From positions 1 to 62,953 of the forward strand of contig JAFCEO010000001.1 in the NCBI GenBank assembly GCA_017609085.1: a stretch of 62,953 bases of DNA, given 5' to 3'. Below are positions 38,943 through 48,657 of the stretch, piece after piece. Position 1 is the first letter of the stretch; every line of letters starts with the position of its first letter. Made by a program: the position numbers and the translations under genes. This DNA comes from Candidatus Pacearchaeota archaeon. Lineage in GTDB: Archaea; Nanobdellota; Nanobdellia; Pacearchaeales; GW2011-AR1. The notes beneath the pieces are model-generated. The model worked only from the letters and a program-made list of their open reading frames with translations. It made no database searches and was not told where the DNA came from.

Positions 38943-39161
38943 AGTGATAAAAGAAATTCCATCTCTTATATATTTTTTATATATATAATATATACTTAAA
39001 CTTACCAAACTGAATTTTTTAAATATATATTGATATGTATTATATAAAATATATATTCTCTTATAATAAGTCTTTTTAAACTCTTTTTACCTTCATTTCC
39101 TATGGAGACTAAGGGAAAATATCACCTTAGGTTATTGTAAATTTAATTTTATGTTAATAAA

Positions 39162-40142
39162 ATGGAGCAAAGAAAATTAATTAAGTTAGGAAATTCGAGT
39201 TTTACAATTGCTCTTCCAAAAAATTGGGTTAAAAAATCTGGGTTAAAAAAAGGAGATAATGTTTTTGTAATTCCTAATTCCAAAGGCGAACTTGTAATTC
39301 AATCCTCTTTCTCGAAAATTAGTGAGGAAAAGAAAATAGAGATAAATGTCGAGAATAAAGATAGCTTTACATTAAAGAGAGAATTAAGGGCATCTTATAT
39401 TAATGGTTATAACGTCTTTTGCATTAGGGGGAAAAGAAACAGGGACATTGCATCATTAATTAAAAAAACTATTGGGGAATTAATTGGGATGGAAATAATA
39501 AAAAACGAAAGCGAAGAAATAATTGCTAAAGATCTTTTAAATATGGATGAAATGGATATCAATAACTGCATAAGGAGGATTGATAACAATCTTCGCGAGA
39601 TGTTTGATATTATGGCAGAAGGATTTAAAAAACAAAAACTCTCCCAAACACTTTTTTCTGATATTGTTTCGGCAGATAAAGATATAACTAAATTTCATCT
39701 TTTAATTTCAAGAATTCTGTCTTTAGGTATAGATACTCCTGCAATCTTAACTAAGTTGAAAGTAACAGGCGTCCTTTTAATCAATACTTGGTGGTTTTCA
39801 GTTAATCTTGAGCATATAGGGGATAACATAAAAAGCGTAGCTAGAATAATCAAATTAGAGTCTTTGGAGAAGAAGGATAATGAAAAACTTTTTAAATTAT
39901 TTATTAGATTGAGAGACCTATATTGCAATTCTTTAGAATCTTTTTATAATGACGAGTTTACTAAAGAAAAAATTTTGAATCTTGCAAACGAAGGAAAAGA
40001 ATTGTGGGAGGAATTTGATAAACTTACTCTAAACAAGAACTCTACAATTGCAAAAATCGCTATGAAACTTAAAGAGGCAGAAACATTCATCTATCAAAAT
40101 ATGAAAATGGTTTTAAACAACAAAGATTTAAAGAAGGTTTAA
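39162..40142 (+). CDS. AbrB-PhoU fusion regulator
   Basis: RKLIKLGNSSFTIALPKNWV (AbrB), ELRASYINGY, NLEHIGDN (PhoU). Confidence 0.88.
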   Translation: MEQRKLIKLGNSSFTIALPKNWVKKSGLKKGDNVFVIPNSKGELVIQSSFSKISEEKKIEINVENKDSFTLKRELRASYINGYNVFCIRGKRNRDIASLIKKTIGELIGMEIIKNESEEIIAKDLLNMDEMDINNCIRRIDNNLREMFDIMAEGFKKQKLSQTLFSDIVSADKDITKFHLLISRILSLGIDTPAILTKLKVTGVLLINTWWFSVNLEHIGDNIKSVARIIKLESLEKKDNEKLFKLFIRLRDLYCNSLESFYNDEFTKEKILNLANEGKELWEEFDKLTLNKNSTIAKIAMKLKEAETFIYQNMKMVLNNKDLKKV

Positions 40143-40143
40143 A

Positions 40144-41541
40144 ATGGCAAATAATGATATACGCCCGGCTTTATCGAATTATGTTGGCGAGAGAGCACCA
40201 CAAATACTGAAACGTATAACTGGAGAATCTGTAGAGAACATCGAAATAAATAAACAGGGGATAGAAGTCATTAAAAGAGGTTTAGTTTCTAGTGTAGCTT
40301 CTTTATCACTTGGATATAAAAGTCACCAAACAGGCCAATCTGGAGAAATAAAGGTGTTAATAAAGTATTTTCCTGCATCAGAAGGAAAAAGCCATTATAA
40401 AGACTCTGCTCAGAGCACAGAAAATATTTGTCTTTTTTTAAGCGGAAGCGATTATTTTCCTGAATTTTATTTTGCTGATAGAACAAATTCAGGAACTTTC
40501 TTATTTCTCCAGCATATTGGAGAGAAAACACTTTATGATTTTCTGTTAGATTATAAAGGAGATATTACAGACTTATTACAAGCAATATTGCCTAGTATAT
40601 CTAAATTTCAAATAGATGCTACAAGAAGACTCTGGGAAAAAAGAGAATCTTTAACTAAAGAAAAGTACGAAAGTATATTCAAAAGAAGATCTTCAACTAG
40701 AAGAATAATAGATTACATAAGAGCAATTAAAGGAAAAAAAAGAGTAGAGGAGGTAGACAAAAATCTTGTAAACAAAGTTATTAAGTTGACTGTCCCAATA
40801 CAGAGAATATACATCCCCCGAAGCGACTCTTTCAGAGTTACTCATGGGGATCCTATAACTAAAAACATCATTTGTATGGAGGGAGGGTCTTATGGATTTA
40901 TAGATGCAGATCCCTTTTTAGGATTACCAGTTTCTGATCTTAGTGCCTTGCTTTCTACACCTGGTTTAAAATTAAATCCCAAAGATTGGTGGTTTTTAAC
41001 AGATGTATTTTTGGTTAATGACAAGAAAAAATTAGATGACATATTAGAAGAAATGCCTAAGAGTCTGAATTCGATGAGGCCTGAAATATTTCAAAGACTT
41101 TCGAAATTAGGAATAAAGTTCGATACCGAAGAAATGCCTGGAAACGAAAAATATTGTACTTTTATGGGAATCTTTTTTAGAAGTGCTAGGGTCTTGGCTA
41201 AGATTAGCGATTTAAGAAATAACCATAAAGAGATGTACGAAAAAATGGAGGCGGAAGATAAAACTTTAAAAGAAGCTTTTGGAGAGATGAGAAAAAATAT
41301 GGCTCTCTCTTTAGACTCTGTCGTTAACAATCCTCGAGCTTTTGAAGTGTCTCGCTCAGAATATGTAGATAAATTAGGAGAGTTTCAAGAATTGCTAATA
41401 GAAGAAGAAGTAATTGAGCCTACAAATAGGTATCTAAAGAACAATAAAAAAAATGGAAGGGGCGGAGAAATTTCTTCTCAAAATTTAGAAGTTTCCGAGA
41501 AAAATCCTCGGTTTAATTTTAATTATACTCCATTACAATAA
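40144..41541 (+). CDS. APH/choline-kinase-like phosphotransferase
   Basis: VLIK, catalytic loop HGDPITKNII, GFIDAD. Confidence 0.7.
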   Translation: MANNDIRPALSNYVGERAPQILKRITGESVENIEINKQGIEVIKRGLVSSVASLSLGYKSHQTGQSGEIKVLIKYFPASEGKSHYKDSAQSTENICLFLSGSDYFPEFYFADRTNSGTFLFLQHIGEKTLYDFLLDYKGDITDLLQAILPSISKFQIDATRRLWEKRESLTKEKYESIFKRRSSTRRIIDYIRAIKGKKRVEEVDKNLVNKVIKLTVPIQRIYIPRSDSFRVTHGDPITKNIICMEGGSYGFIDADPFLGLPVSDLSALLSTPGLKLNPKDWWFLTDVFLVNDKKKLDDILEEMPKSLNSMRPEIFQRLSKLGIKFDTEEMPGNEKYCTFMGIFFRSARVLAKISDLRNNHKEMYEKMEAEDKTLKEAFGEMRKNMALSLDSVVNNPRAFEVSRSEYVDKLGEFQELLIEEEVIEPTNRYLKNNKKNGRGGEISSQNLEVSEKNPRFNFNYTPLQ

Positions 41542-41649
41542 TCTTTAAAAATATGAACTTTTAAAAATTAAATTATATATTAAAATTGATGAAAAAGAAT
41601 TTATGGGATGTTAAACTTTTTATAATCTTAAAAATTTAACTGAGTTAAA

Positions 41650-43263
41650 ATGGCGGAAAAACAACCTATTTTTATATTGCCAGAGAATGTGCAGAGAATA
41701 ATCGGAAAAGACGCACAAAGAAATAATATAATGGCTGCACGACTTGTGGCAGATTCTATTAAAACTACTCTTGGTCCTAAAGGAATGGACAAGATGTTAG
41801 TTGATTCTCTTGGAGATATAACAGTTACTAATGACGGAGTAACAATCTTGGAGGAAATGGAAATTGAGCATCCTGCTGCAAAAATGATGGTCGAAATAGC
41901 CAAGACGCAGGAGGATGAAGTTGGAGACGGAACTACAACAGCTGTAATGTTGGCGGGCAAGCTTCTTGAAAATGCTGAGAAGTTATTAGATAATAAAATA
42001 CACCCAACTGTAATAACTAAAGGTTACAGGTTGGCGGCAGAAAAAAGCCAGGAAATTTTGAAAGAATTGGCTGTCGATATTAATCCAGAACAAGAAGAAG
42101 TATTAAAACAAATAGCAATGACTGCTATGACTGGCAAAGGTGCAGAAACAGTCAAAGAAAAATTTTCAGATATTATAGTTAAAGCTGTTAAACAAATTGC
42201 AGAAAATAACAAAATAGATTTAGACAATATTAAAATAGAGAAAAATAAAGGTTCTGGTTTGGCAGAAACAGAGCTTATAGAAGGGATAGTTTTTGACAAA
42301 GAAAAGGTTTCAGTTGATATGCCTGATAAAGTAGAAAACGCAAAAATAGCTTTACTTGATTTAGCTTTAGAAATAAAAAGTCCTGAGGTAGATACAAAAA
42401 TTTCTATAAGCAGTCCTGAACAATTACAGGGGTTTATTGAGCAAGAGGAGAAAATTTTGAAAGAAATGGTGGAAAAAATTAAACAAGCTGGAGCAAATGT
42501 TGTTTTTTGTCAAAAAGGTATAGATGATGTAGCTCAATATTATCTTTCAAAAGAAGGAATTTATGCCTGTAGAAGAGTGAGCAAAAGTGATATGGAAAAA
42601 CTTGCAAGAGCTACGCAAGGAAAAATTATCAGTAATTTAAATGAATTAACTTCAGACCAACTTGGTTTTGCGAAGATGGTTGAGGAAGTGAAGAAAGGAG
42701 AAGATACTTATACCTATGTAAGGGGATGCGAAAATCCTAAATCCTTAACTATATTGATACACGGAGGAACAGAACATGTCTTAGACGAGATGGAGAGAGC
42801 GATTAAAGACGGATTAGGTGATGTCGCTTCTGCTTTGAGAGAAGGAAAAGTAGTTGCAGGAGCAGGAGCAGTAGAGGTAGAATTGGCGAGAAGACTACGG
42901 GAATATAGCAAAACTTTGGGCGGAAGAGAGCAGCTGGCGATAGAAGAATTTGCTTCTGCATTAGAATTTATCCCAATAACTTTGGCGGAAAATGCAGGAC
43001 TTGACCCTATTGATACTCTAACAGAACTGAAGGCAGCTCACGAGAATGAAAAGTATGCAGGAATAAATATATTTACAGGGAAAGTAGAAAATTCTCTTAA
43101 GGAAGGGATTATTGAACCTCTTAGAATAAAAAGTCAAGCAATTAACTCTGCATCAGAAGTTGCAATGATGATTTTAAGAATAGACGATGTTCTTGCTTCT
43201 GGAAAGAGCAGTAGCGGAGGAATGTCTTCTCAAAATATGCCTCCAACTGCTGATTATGATTGA
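41650..43263 (+). CDS. ths: Thermosome subunit (group II chaperonin)
   Basis: [38 protein letters not shown]. Confidence 0.97.
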   Translation: MAEKQPIFILPENVQRIIGKDAQRNNIMAARLVADSIKTTLGPKGMDKMLVDSLGDITVTNDGVTILEEMEIEHPAAKMMVEIAKTQEDEVGDGTTTAVMLAGKLLENAEKLLDNKIHPTVITKGYRLAAEKSQEILKELAVDINPEQEEVLKQIAMTAMTGKGAETVKEKFSDIIVKAVKQIAENNKIDLDNIKIEKNKGSGLAETELIEGIVFDKEKVSVDMPDKVENAKIALLDLALEIKSPEVDTKISISSPEQLQGFIEQEEKILKEMVEKIKQAGANVVFCQKGIDDVAQYYLSKEGIYACRRVSKSDMEKLARATQGKIISNLNELTSDQLGFAKMVEEVKKGEDTYTYVRGCENPKSLTILIHGGTEHVLDEMERAIKDGLGDVASALREGKVVAGAGAVEVELARRLREYSKTLGGREQLAIEEFASALEFIPITLAENAGLDPIDTLTELKAAHENEKYAGINIFTGKVENSLKEGIIEPLRIKSQAINSASEVAMMILRIDDVLASGKSSSGGMSSQNMPPTADYD

Positions 43264-43349
43264 AAAAATTAAGAATTGAGTATCTATGGATAATTTTTGT
43301 AAAAAATTCATAACAATCTTTAAAAATCTTGTTCTTTTTTTAATATTAA

Positions 43350-43462
43350 GCGCGAGTAGTATAGTGGCAGTACGCAACGTTGCCACATCTCCTTCACTCT
43401 AGCCTATATAAAAGGAGAAATGTAAAAACGTTGTAACCCGGGTTCGAATCCCGGCTCGCGCA
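43350..43462 (+). tRNA. tRNA-Gly(GCC) with 42-nt canonical intron (43386-43427)
   Basis: GCGCGAG/CTCGCGC, CAACG-TTGCCA-[intron]-A-CGTTG, CCGGG-TTCGAAT-CCCGG; BHB helix TTGC/GTAA. Confidence 0.92.
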
Positions 43463-43526
43463 TATTATTTATCAATATTTTCAATTTTTTTAATATTTTT
43501 ATTTAAGTTAAGTAGTAAAGATTTTG

Positions 43527-43541
43527 CGAAAAATTATAAAT
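43527..43541 (+). promoter_or_regulatory. Putative archaeal BRE/TATA promoter of the sigma-factor gene
   Basis: CGAAAAA followed by TTATAAAT, ending 27 nt before ATG 43569. Confidence 0.5.
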
Positions 43542-43568
43542 ACCTCTCTTTCTTGTTAACATTATAGA

Positions 43569-44228
43569 ATGAAAAAAAGCAGAAGCGTTCTAAGAGAAAT
43601 TTTGATGAAATATAAGAAAACACATGATCCTAAATTAAGAAATCAGATAATGGATTCTTATACTTCTCTTGTTGAAAAAATAGCTTATCACCTTCATAAA
43701 AAAATTTATTTGAAAAGAATTGTGGATTTAGAAGACCTTATTCAATTGGGAAATTTGGGACTAATGGATGCAATTGAGAGTTACAATTCAAATAACGGTG
43801 GTATGAGTTTTGAAGAATATGCGAAAAAAAAGATAGGTTGGAAAATTATAGATGAATTAAGAAGATTGAAGTTAATACAGTATAGATCTCGTAAAAATCC
43901 TCCCTCTCTCTTAAACTTTAGTGAAATAAATTTTTATGGTAATTCTCATGGAAGATGCTTTATTGAAAATATTTTTGAAGACAAGAATTATATTTCTCCC
44001 GAAGATAAAATAGAGAAAAAAGACACAATGGAGTTTCTTACAGAAGGATTGAATAGAACTGAAAAATTGATATTAAAGTTATACTTCTTTCAGGGTTTCA
44101 CTTTTCAAGAAACAGGAAAAGTTGTGGGTCTTACTGAAGCACGAATCTCTCAATGTTGCCAGCAAGTTCTTTCAAAGATTAGAATAAGGTTAAAAAATAG
44201 AAATGTTTCTTATTACGATTTTGTTTGA
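43569..44228 (+). CDS. Sigma-70 family factor, FliA/WhiG-like
   Basis: Region 2 LVEKIA..DLEDLIQLGNLGLMDAIESY..FEEYA..I..IIDELR; region 4 LNRTEKLILKLYFFQGFTFQETGKVVGLTEARISQ. Confidence 0.9.
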   Translation: MKKSRSVLREILMKYKKTHDPKLRNQIMDSYTSLVEKIAYHLHKKIYLKRIVDLEDLIQLGNLGLMDAIESYNSNNGGMSFEEYAKKKIGWKIIDELRRLKLIQYRSRKNPPSLLNFSEINFYGNSHGRCFIENIFEDKNYISPEDKIEKKDTMEFLTEGLNRTEKLILKLYFFQGFTFQETGKVVGLTEARISQCCQQVLSKIRIRLKNRNVSYYDFV

Positions 44229-44275
44229 TTTTGCCAACTAAAAGTTTAAATAATAATTAATTTTTATTTTTATTT

Positions 44276-44545
44276 ATGAATGAAGAAGACGAATTAAAAA
44301 AGAAACTTGAAAACTATTCTAAAAGATGCGGAATAAGATTGAATCCCAATGAAAAAATTGTTAATGCTATAATTAAAGGATTGATTAAAAATAAAAAAGA
44401 AAAAGGAGAGTATTACTGTCCCTGTAGAGTCCCTTCTGGCGATAAAGAAAAAGATAAAGAGATAATATGCCCCTGCGTCTTCCATAGAGGGGAAGTAGAG
44501 TTACAAGGAAAATGTCATTGCGGTTTGTTTGTTGCTAAATCTTAA
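44276..44545 (+). CDS. Ferredoxin:thioredoxin reductase catalytic subunit-like
   Basis: CPC...CPC...CHC. Confidence 0.92.
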   Translation: MNEEDELKKKLENYSKRCGIRLNPNEKIVNAIIKGLIKNKKEKGEYYCPCRVPSGDKEKDKEIICPCVFHRGEVELQGKCHCGLFVAKS

Positions 44546-44846
44546 CAGCAGTTCCATAGACAAGAATTTCTGAAGCTCCTTGCATTACATTACTTGTTGC
44601 AAATCTTACCATAACAATACCATCGGCTTTTAATTTTTTAGCTTTTTCAATCATTCTATTAAGAGCTTCTTGTCTTGCATCATTAATCATTTTCGTATAA
44701 CTTTTAATTTCTCCCCCGATTATACTTTTTAATCCTGCTGCTATATCTCTTCCAAACCATCTTGCTCTTATTGTGTTTCCCCTGACTAAGCCAAGAATTT
44801 TTTTAGGATATTTTCCATTTATTGTTTCAGTCGTCGTAATTATCAT
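44535..44846 (-). CDS. YbjQ/UPF0145 family protein
   Basis: GRDIAAGLKSIIGGEIKSYT, EILVYGTAV. Confidence 0.93.
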   Translation of the reverse strand: MIITTTETINGKYPKKILGLVRGNTIRARWFGRDIAAGLKSIIGGEIKSYTKMINDARQEALNRMIEKAKKLKADGIVMVRFATSNVMQGASEILVYGTAVKI

Positions 44847-45099
44847 AACAAAGAAACCAAATCTAACTTTAAATAAATTTCTATTAATATTGATTTAATA
44901 CAAATAATATATACATAAGCTATATAAATAATTTTTACTCTAAAACAACATGAATGGGCACACGAATGTAAAGAGAATTTCGAATTCTTTAAGAGTCATA
45001 TTTCTATGTGCCTATAATAAGGTGATTAAATTTATGTAATTCCCGCTAATTTTCCGGGAATTGCACGATTTTTCTGTTAAAATGTTAAAAAAAAGTTAT

Positions 45100-45481
45100 A
45101 TGGTGCTTGAATGGTTTTCAGAGTGCCTCAACTGTCACGAAGTTATTTTCAATCCTATTTGTCCTGCTTGTTTAGCAGTAGAGATAGAAGCCTGGTTACA
45201 ACCAATTTTTCCTTATCATAAAAAAAATAACGAAAAAAATTGAAGATTATATTAGAAAAACAAATAATCTTGCAAGCAAGACAGGCAAATTAACAAAATG
45301 CATTTCCTGTAGGAAATTATCAGTTTCACTTTGTCCTTACTGTTTCACCGAATATGTTTTCAATCTTTTGAAAAAGATTAAGGTAAATAAAGCAATCTTA
45401 AAAGAATTCTTAGAATTTTTTAATTATGATTTTGAGCATACGGGATATAGCAAAGATGCTGAGGAGTTAGGTGCAATTTAA
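45100..45481 (+). pseudogene. Cys-rich hypothetical protein interrupted by a +1 frameshift
   Basis: CLNC..NPICPACL..EIEAWL, then in the next frame CISC..LCPYCFTEYV..FLEFFNYDFEHTGY; the shift lies in 45188-45243, which holds an A8 run at 45220-45227. Confidence 0.7.
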
Positions 45482-45553
45482 ATAATAATCGTTTCTCTGA
45501 CAATGCTTATCTTTAGAAGAATAATTTTTAAATCCTTTTTCTTTTTATTTTTT

Positions 45554-46477
45554 ATGACCAAAGCGCTGGTTTTGTTTTCAGGTGGTTTGGACTCTCGTCT
45601 TGCTGTTAAACTTTTACAGGAACAAAATATAAAAATAGAGGCCATTTTCTTTTTACTTCCTTTTGGAGGAGGTTGTTGTAATGATGTTCTTTGTTCTTTT
45701 AGGTTTGCACAAATGCAAGGAATAAGATTACATATTATTGATTGCACAAAAGGTCTTTTGTTGCGTGAGTATCTTTCTATCGTTAAAAAACCAAAATATG
45801 GTTATGGCAGAGGAATAAATCCTTGCATCGATTGTAGAATATTTATGTTAAAAAAAGCTAAAAAACTAGCAAAAAAAATTAAAGCAGATTTTATTGCAAC
45901 AGGAGAAGTTCTAGGCGAAAGACCAATGTCACAACATAGACAATCTTTAATGTTAATAGAAAAAGAAAGCGGCTTGATAGGGAAAATTCTAAGACCGCTT
46001 AGCGCTAAACTTCTTCCTGAAACAGACCCCGAAAAAAAAGGTTTGATAGATAGAGAGAAGCTTCTTGATATTCATGGAAGAAATAGAAAAAAACAAATAG
46101 CGCTAGCCAAGAAATTTAGGATAAGTTATCCTCCTCCGGCAGGCGGATGTTTGTTATGCGAAGATACTTATTCAAGAAAATTAAAAGATTTATTTAAGCA
46201 TAAAAATAAAATAAGTATAGAAGATATAAAAGTATTAAACATAGGGAGACATTTTAGAAAAAATGGCAAGATTATTTTGGGAAGAAATAAAGAAGAAAAT
46301 GAAAAATTACAACTATTAAATAAAAAATTGAACTACAATATAATAATTCCGGAGATTCCTGGTCCGACAGTCCTTTTTGAAAACAAAAAAGACAAAAAAA
46401 CAGCTCTTGACTTGCAAAAGGCTTATTCTTCTAAAAACTTGGAGTTAAGAGAGAAATTTGAAAAATATAGATTATAA
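45554..46477 (+). CDS. PP-loop tRNA thiouridylase (ThiI/MnmA-like)
   Basis: SGGLDS, NPCIDCR, TGEVLGERPMSQ, ILRPLSA, PAGGCLL; ATG 45554. Confidence 0.85.
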   Translation: MTKALVLFSGGLDSRLAVKLLQEQNIKIEAIFFLLPFGGGCCNDVLCSFRFAQMQGIRLHIIDCTKGLLLREYLSIVKKPKYGYGRGINPCIDCRIFMLKKAKKLAKKIKADFIATGEVLGERPMSQHRQSLMLIEKESGLIGKILRPLSAKLLPETDPEKKGLIDREKLLDIHGRNRKKQIALAKKFRISYPPPAGGCLLCEDTYSRKLKDLFKHKNKISIEDIKVLNIGRHFRKNGKIILGRNKEENEKLQLLNKKLNYNIIIPEIPGPTVLFENKKDKKTALDLQKAYSSKNLELREKFEKYRL

Positions 46478-46484
46478 AATTTAG

Positions 46485-47033
46485 TTATTCAGCTTCTACA
46501 ACAGGATAAACAAAATACGGAGTTTCATGCGTCATTAATCGATATACTTTATGTTCTGCTAAATCAGTAACCCAAAATTTTCTTATGTTCAAGCCCCAAC
46601 TATTCGCCCTCTCTCTTATCCCTCTAATTACAACATCTTCTAACTCTTTTATATTAAGACACTCTTCATAAGTTTTTTCATGAGCATAATTTGCTATAAT
46701 TCCCATACTTAAATTTTGTAAAGATTTATCAAAATCCTGGACCTCTAATAAAGCCCTTTTAGCATCTCTAATAGAATATTCAATTGCTCCACTTACAGCC
46801 AAAGTTACCTTATCTTTTGTTGTTATACTCTGATTTGGCAAATTTATAACTTGAGGAGTGATATCTAATTTTTTTATGTCATCAATAAGAGGTATTTTCC
46901 AGTAAAGACCCGGCTCTAGTGTTCTTCTATATTTTCCAAATCTTAAGAAAACACCTCCTTCGTTGGGAAATATTTTAGAGTAGGGAAGGGTTTTTGTTAT
47001 TTGCCTCCCAATAATTTCAATCCATCCACTCAT
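46485..47033 (-). CDS. SPFH/Band-7 domain protein
   Basis: LRFGKYRRTLEPGL, QSITTKD, WGLNI. Confidence 0.88.
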   Translation of the reverse strand: MSGWIEIIGRQITKTLPYSKIFPNEGGVFLRFGKYRRTLEPGLYWKIPLIDDIKKLDITPQVINLPNQSITTKDKVTLAVSGAIEYSIRDAKRALLEVQDFDKSLQNLSMGIIANYAHEKTYEECLNIKELEDVVIRGIRERANSWGLNIRKFWVTDLAEHKVYRLMTHETPYFVYPVVEAE

Positions 47034-47110
47034 CCATTAATCTTGCATCTTGAAATTTTTAAAGATTGTTGTATAAAAAGATTTATATTATATTGATATT
47101 TTTACATAAA

Positions 47111-47605
47111 ATGCCCTGTAAAATTTGCAAAATCAAACCTGTATGGAAATTCACAAATCAAAGGCAGCTTTGCAATATGTGTTTTGTAAAGTATTTCGAA
47201 AAAAAAGTGAAAAATACGATAAGAAAATACAATATGCCTATCCATAAGATTAAAAACAAAAGTTTAAAAGCTAAAATAATTAATTTCATAATACAGAATC
47301 TTCCTGAAAGAAAAGGCAAATTACAGGAAGATAGTTTAGATGATATTTCTAACAAGATAATTTACGTGATGATGTATGACGAAAAAAATAAACTAAAAAA
47401 CCTGCTTCCAAAAAACCAACCGCTTTACTTTTTATCAGATAAAGAAATTTTACTTTACGCCAGAATTAAGAAGATTAAGGGAGAATTAAAGAGAAAAAGA
47501 AGAGAATTAAAAGAAATAGACAATTTTATTCAAACTGTTGAAGAAAAGAATCCTGATATAAGACACAACATTGTTAATGCGTTATTAAAATTTAATTTTT
47601 TGTAA
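47111..47605 (+). CDS. Short TtuA/NcsA-like protein lacking the PP-loop
   Basis: CKIC..LCNMCFVKYFEKKVKNTIRKYNM zinc finger; PLYFLSDKEILLYA; no SGGxDS. Confidence 0.65.
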   Translation: MPCKICKIKPVWKFTNQRQLCNMCFVKYFEKKVKNTIRKYNMPIHKIKNKSLKAKIINFIIQNLPERKGKLQEDSLDDISNKIIYVMMYDEKNKLKNLLPKNQPLYFLSDKEILLYARIKKIKGELKRKRRELKEIDNFIQTVEEKNPDIRHNIVNALLKFNFL

Positions 47606-48221
47606 TTTTTCTTAAATCTTTGAAACTGTTTACGATAAAATCTGGACCTGCCTTTAAAATTTCTGCTCTATTGTCCCATGCACATTTATTGCTAATAATT
47701 ATGCTAACACAACCAACTTTTTTCGCTATCTTGATATCTGCCACTCTATCTCCTATATAATAACAATTTTCTTTTTTTATGCCTTTTTTCTTTATATATT
47801 CTTTAATAAATTCAGCCTTATCTGAAAAATCTTCTGCCCCGTAGATTTCTTTAAAACAGTTGAGTTTAAGATGTTTTATAATCGGAATTATAAATTCTTT
47901 TAAAGAGTTTGAAACAAGTATTTTATATCCAGGAATATTTTTAATCAAGTCGACATCTTTACATTTTTTCACTTTCCAAATATCTTTTTTAACATTTTTC
48001 ATAATTCTCTTCTGTAAGAACCAAGAGACCAAGAAAGAAAATCCCAGATTTCTTAAAGTTTTTTTTAGATTCATTCCCAAATCAATGGCCTTATCTATTT
48101 CCTTATAAGAATAACCACAAAATTTTAATTCATTGTATATTGCTTTATAATACAAACTTTTTGTGTCTGCTATAGTTCCGTCAAAATCAAAAATAAAAAG
48201 TTTTGATTTTATCTTAGCCAT
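47592..48221 (-). CDS. HAD-superfamily hydrolase
   Basis: FDFDGTIADT, YIGDRVADI; ATG 48221. Confidence 0.9.
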   Translation of the reverse strand: MAKIKSKLFIFDFDGTIADTKSLYYKAIYNELKFCGYSYKEIDKAIDLGMNLKKTLRNLGFSFLVSWFLQKRIMKNVKKDIWKVKKCKDVDLIKNIPGYKILVSNSLKEFIIPIIKHLKLNCFKEIYGAEDFSDKAEFIKEYIKKKGIKKENCYYIGDRVADIKIAKKVGCVSIIISNKCAWDNRAEILKAGPDFIVNSFKDLRKITKN

Positions 48222-48276
48222 CTTTTGTATAAATATATATCCTAAATATATAAATCTTTTTAAATTTTTGAAGTAA

Positions 48277-48645
48277 ATGGGAAAATACTTAAGAGAGAAA
48301 GCTCTTAAACAAGGTTGGTCTAAATATCTTAATCTTATTGGAAAAATGACTCCTGAAAAATCTGATGGAAAATACCGTTTTTGCAAAAAAATAAATAGAC
48401 TACAATGGGAGTATCAAATTAGGTCTTTATTTAAAAACGAGTATAGGCGAAAAGGTAATCAATACTACGGGAAATTAGAAGTTATTAAAGAGACTGAAGA
48501 ATGTAGGAAAATGAGAGGGATTAAAGAGGAAATTCCTGTAAAAATATCATTCAGTATAGACCGTCCTTGTGTCTTATGCACAAAGGACAAGGAAGATTTA
48601 GAAATAATATTCAGAAAAGTTCTTGACGCTTTGTCGGGAAAATAA
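48277..48645 (+). CDS. Hypothetical protein
   Basis: 122-aa ORF after a TATA-like element. Confidence 0.6.
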   Translation: MGKYLREKALKQGWSKYLNLIGKMTPEKSDGKYRFCKKINRLQWEYQIRSLFKNEYRRKGNQYYGKLEVIKETEECRKMRGIKEEIPVKISFSIDRPCVLCTKDKEDLEIIFRKVLDALSGK

Positions 48646-48657
48646 TTTTCAATTTAA

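Noticed and set aside
38774..38962. 62-aa ORF over the stem-loop
   Set aside because: Overlaps the CBS gene out of frame and has no motif; cannot be fully excluded as a leader peptide
38966..39066. Replication origin
   Set aside because: AT-rich, but no ORB repeats and no adjacent orc1/cdc6
43350..44545. Integrative element at tRNA-Gly delivering the sigma factor
   Set aside because: No duplicated tRNA 3' end and no integrase found downstream
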